A stretch of 64,000 nt of DNA, from positions 218,687 to 282,686 of the forward strand of contig CAYXYU010000002.1 in assembly GCA_964469525.1 (NCBI GenBank), given 5' to 3'. This DNA comes from an uncultured Rickettsiales bacterium (GTDB lineage Bacteria; Pseudomonadota; Alphaproteobacteria; Rickettsiales; SXRF01). A model generated the notes under the pieces. That model saw nothing but the letters and a program-made list of their open reading frames with translations. It had not been told where the DNA came from and did not search any database. Positions 62,774 to 64,000 of the stretch are shown in pieces. Made by a program: the position numbers and the translations under genes. Every line of letters begins with the position of its first letter. Positions within the stretch are counted from its first letter, which is position 1.

Positions 62774-64000
62774 TTACCCTGACAGCCTTTGTACCACCTT
62801 CTCCCTTCCCAGCAAAGGCAGCAGCTTTTTCAGCTCCGGCCCCGTTTCGCGCCCGGTCAGCGCTTTGCGCAGCGGGAGGAAAAGCTCCTTGCTCTTACGC
62901 TGAGTGGTAGGCTTGACGGCCGCCAGCCAGCCGTCGTAGGTGCCCTCGTTCCACGGTTCGGGCGGCAATGCGCCGATGGTGGAGCGCAGGAAAGCACGTT
63001 CATCATGATTCAAATCCGCCCGCACCTCGCCATGCAGTATGTCCCACCATTCCTTTGCCTCGGCCAGTGTTCTCAGGTTGGCGCGGACCGATAGCCAGAA
63101 CGCTTCATTGGCGAAGGGCAACTTATCCTTCGCCGCTGCAAACGGCAGATGGTGCAGCAGCTTTTCGTTGAGTTTTTCCAGCTCGTGCATGTCATAATTC
63201 GCAGGCGCTCTTCCGAATTTTCTGAAGTCGAAGGAATCGACCAGCGACTGTAGATCGGCAAAGGCTTCGATAGGGTCGGAGGTGCCGATGCGGGCGAGCA
63301 GCGAATTGACCGCCATCGGCAGGATACCCGCCTCACGCAGGGTGCGTATGTCGTTGCCGCCGAGCCGCTTCGACAGCTCGCCGTCCTTCGTCTTGAGCAA
63401 TGCCATATGCGCGAACTGCGGGACAGGGAATCCCAGTGCCTGATAAATCTGGATCTGCACGGCGGTGTTGCTGACATGGTCCTCGCCGCGGATGACATGC
63501 GTGATGCCCATCTCGCCGTCATCCACCACCGAGGCCAGCGTATAGACCGGCACGCCGTCGGCGCGCAGCAACACTGGATCGCTCATGCTGGTCGCCTTCA
63601 TCGCCACTAGCCCGCGAATCAAGTCATGCCACGCAATTTCTTCATCATTCAGCGCAAAGCGATAGTGCGGCTTGCGCCCTTCGGCCAGGTATTTCTTATT
63701 CTGCTCCTCGCTGGCGCGTTTATAGATCGGCGGCAGGCCGCGACCGGCCAGCATCTTGCGCTGGATATCCAGCTCTTCCGGCGTTTCAAAGCAGACATAG
63801 AGCCGCCCCGCTTCCGTCAGTTTCTCCGCTGCAAGGCTATAACGCTCGAAGCGTTTCGACTGGTGTTCGATGCTATCCCATGTGATGCCAAGCCACGCCA
63901 AATCCTCCTTGATGGCTTCCTCATATTCCGGCTTCGAGCGCTCGGCATCGGTATCGTCGATGCGCAGAATGAAGCGCCCTCCCGTCTTTTTGACGAACAG
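62774..64000 (-). CDS. gltX: Glutamyl-tRNA synthetase, N-terminus truncated by window edge
   Basis: The frame stays open to position 64000 (..LFVKKTGGRFILRIDDTDAERSKPEYEEAIKEDLAWLGITWD). The track M at 63901 is an internal TTG. Confidence 0.9.
   Translation of the reverse strand: MFVKKTGGRFILRIDDTDAERSKPEYEEAIKEDLAWLGITWDSIEHQSKRFERYSLAAEKLTEAGRLYVCFETPEELDIQRKMLAGRGLPPIYKRASEEQNKKYLAEGRKPHYRFALNDEEIAWHDLIRGLVAMKATSMSDPVLLRADGVPVYTLASVVDDGEMGITHVIRGEDHVSNTAVQIQIYQALGFPVPQFAHMALLKTKDGELSKRLGGNDIRTLREAGILPMAVNSLLARIGTSDPIEAFADLQSLVDSFDFRKFGRAPANYDMHELEKLNEKLLHHLPFAAAKDKLPFANEAFWLSVRANLRTLAEAKEWWDILHGEVRADLNHDERAFLRSTIGALPPEPWNEGTYDGWLAAVKPTTQRKSKELFLPLRKALTGRETGPELKKLLPLLGREKVVQRLSG

Overview
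The window looks like a GC-rich alphaproteobacterial chromosome. Core gene order includes murA-hisG-hisD-UPF0262-infA-maf, rpiB-glyA-nrdR-ribD-ribE-ribBA-ribH-nusB-thiL, mipZ and murJ. Positions 1-20191 are a visibly lower-GC integrated island abutting the 3' end of tRNA-Glu(UUC). The island carries a P4-type tyrosine integrase, an AlpA-like regulator, a Toprim/P4-family primase-helicase split by an in-frame amber codon, and a lipoprotein/membrane-protein pair. It also carries a five-gene type I R-M operon: hsdR, a membrane coiled-coil ORF, hsdM, hsdS and a cytoplasmic trypsin-like protease. Directly downstream and co-directional is a translationally coupled six-gene operon that runs off the left edge: PP-loop ATPase, 3-TM protein, SAMHD1-like HD hydrolase, DNA MTase, CMP-kinase-like P-loop protein and a second DNA MTase. 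I cannot assign this operon to any described defence or modification system, and it is my main candidate for novelty. The rest of the window (20.3-64 kb) is housekeeping genome with several oddities:
- Families of short GC-rich palindromic repeats, including one copy in frame inside thiL.
- A low-GC islet after tRNA-Gln, bounded by a degenerate copy of the tRNA 3' end.
- A frameshifted DUF72 gene.
- A very basic Ser/Arg/Lys-rich small protein.
- A Fur-box-like array upstream of a cluster encoding a small secreted protein, TonB-dependent receptor, YfiR-like protein, HK, RR and hybrid HK.
- A Gly/Trp-repeat exported mini-ORF wedged into the cysS-cimA operon.
No rRNA, CRISPR array or transposase was seen. 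All functional calls come from motif recognition by eye on the supplied translations and sequence. No searches were run, and GC statements are visual estimates.
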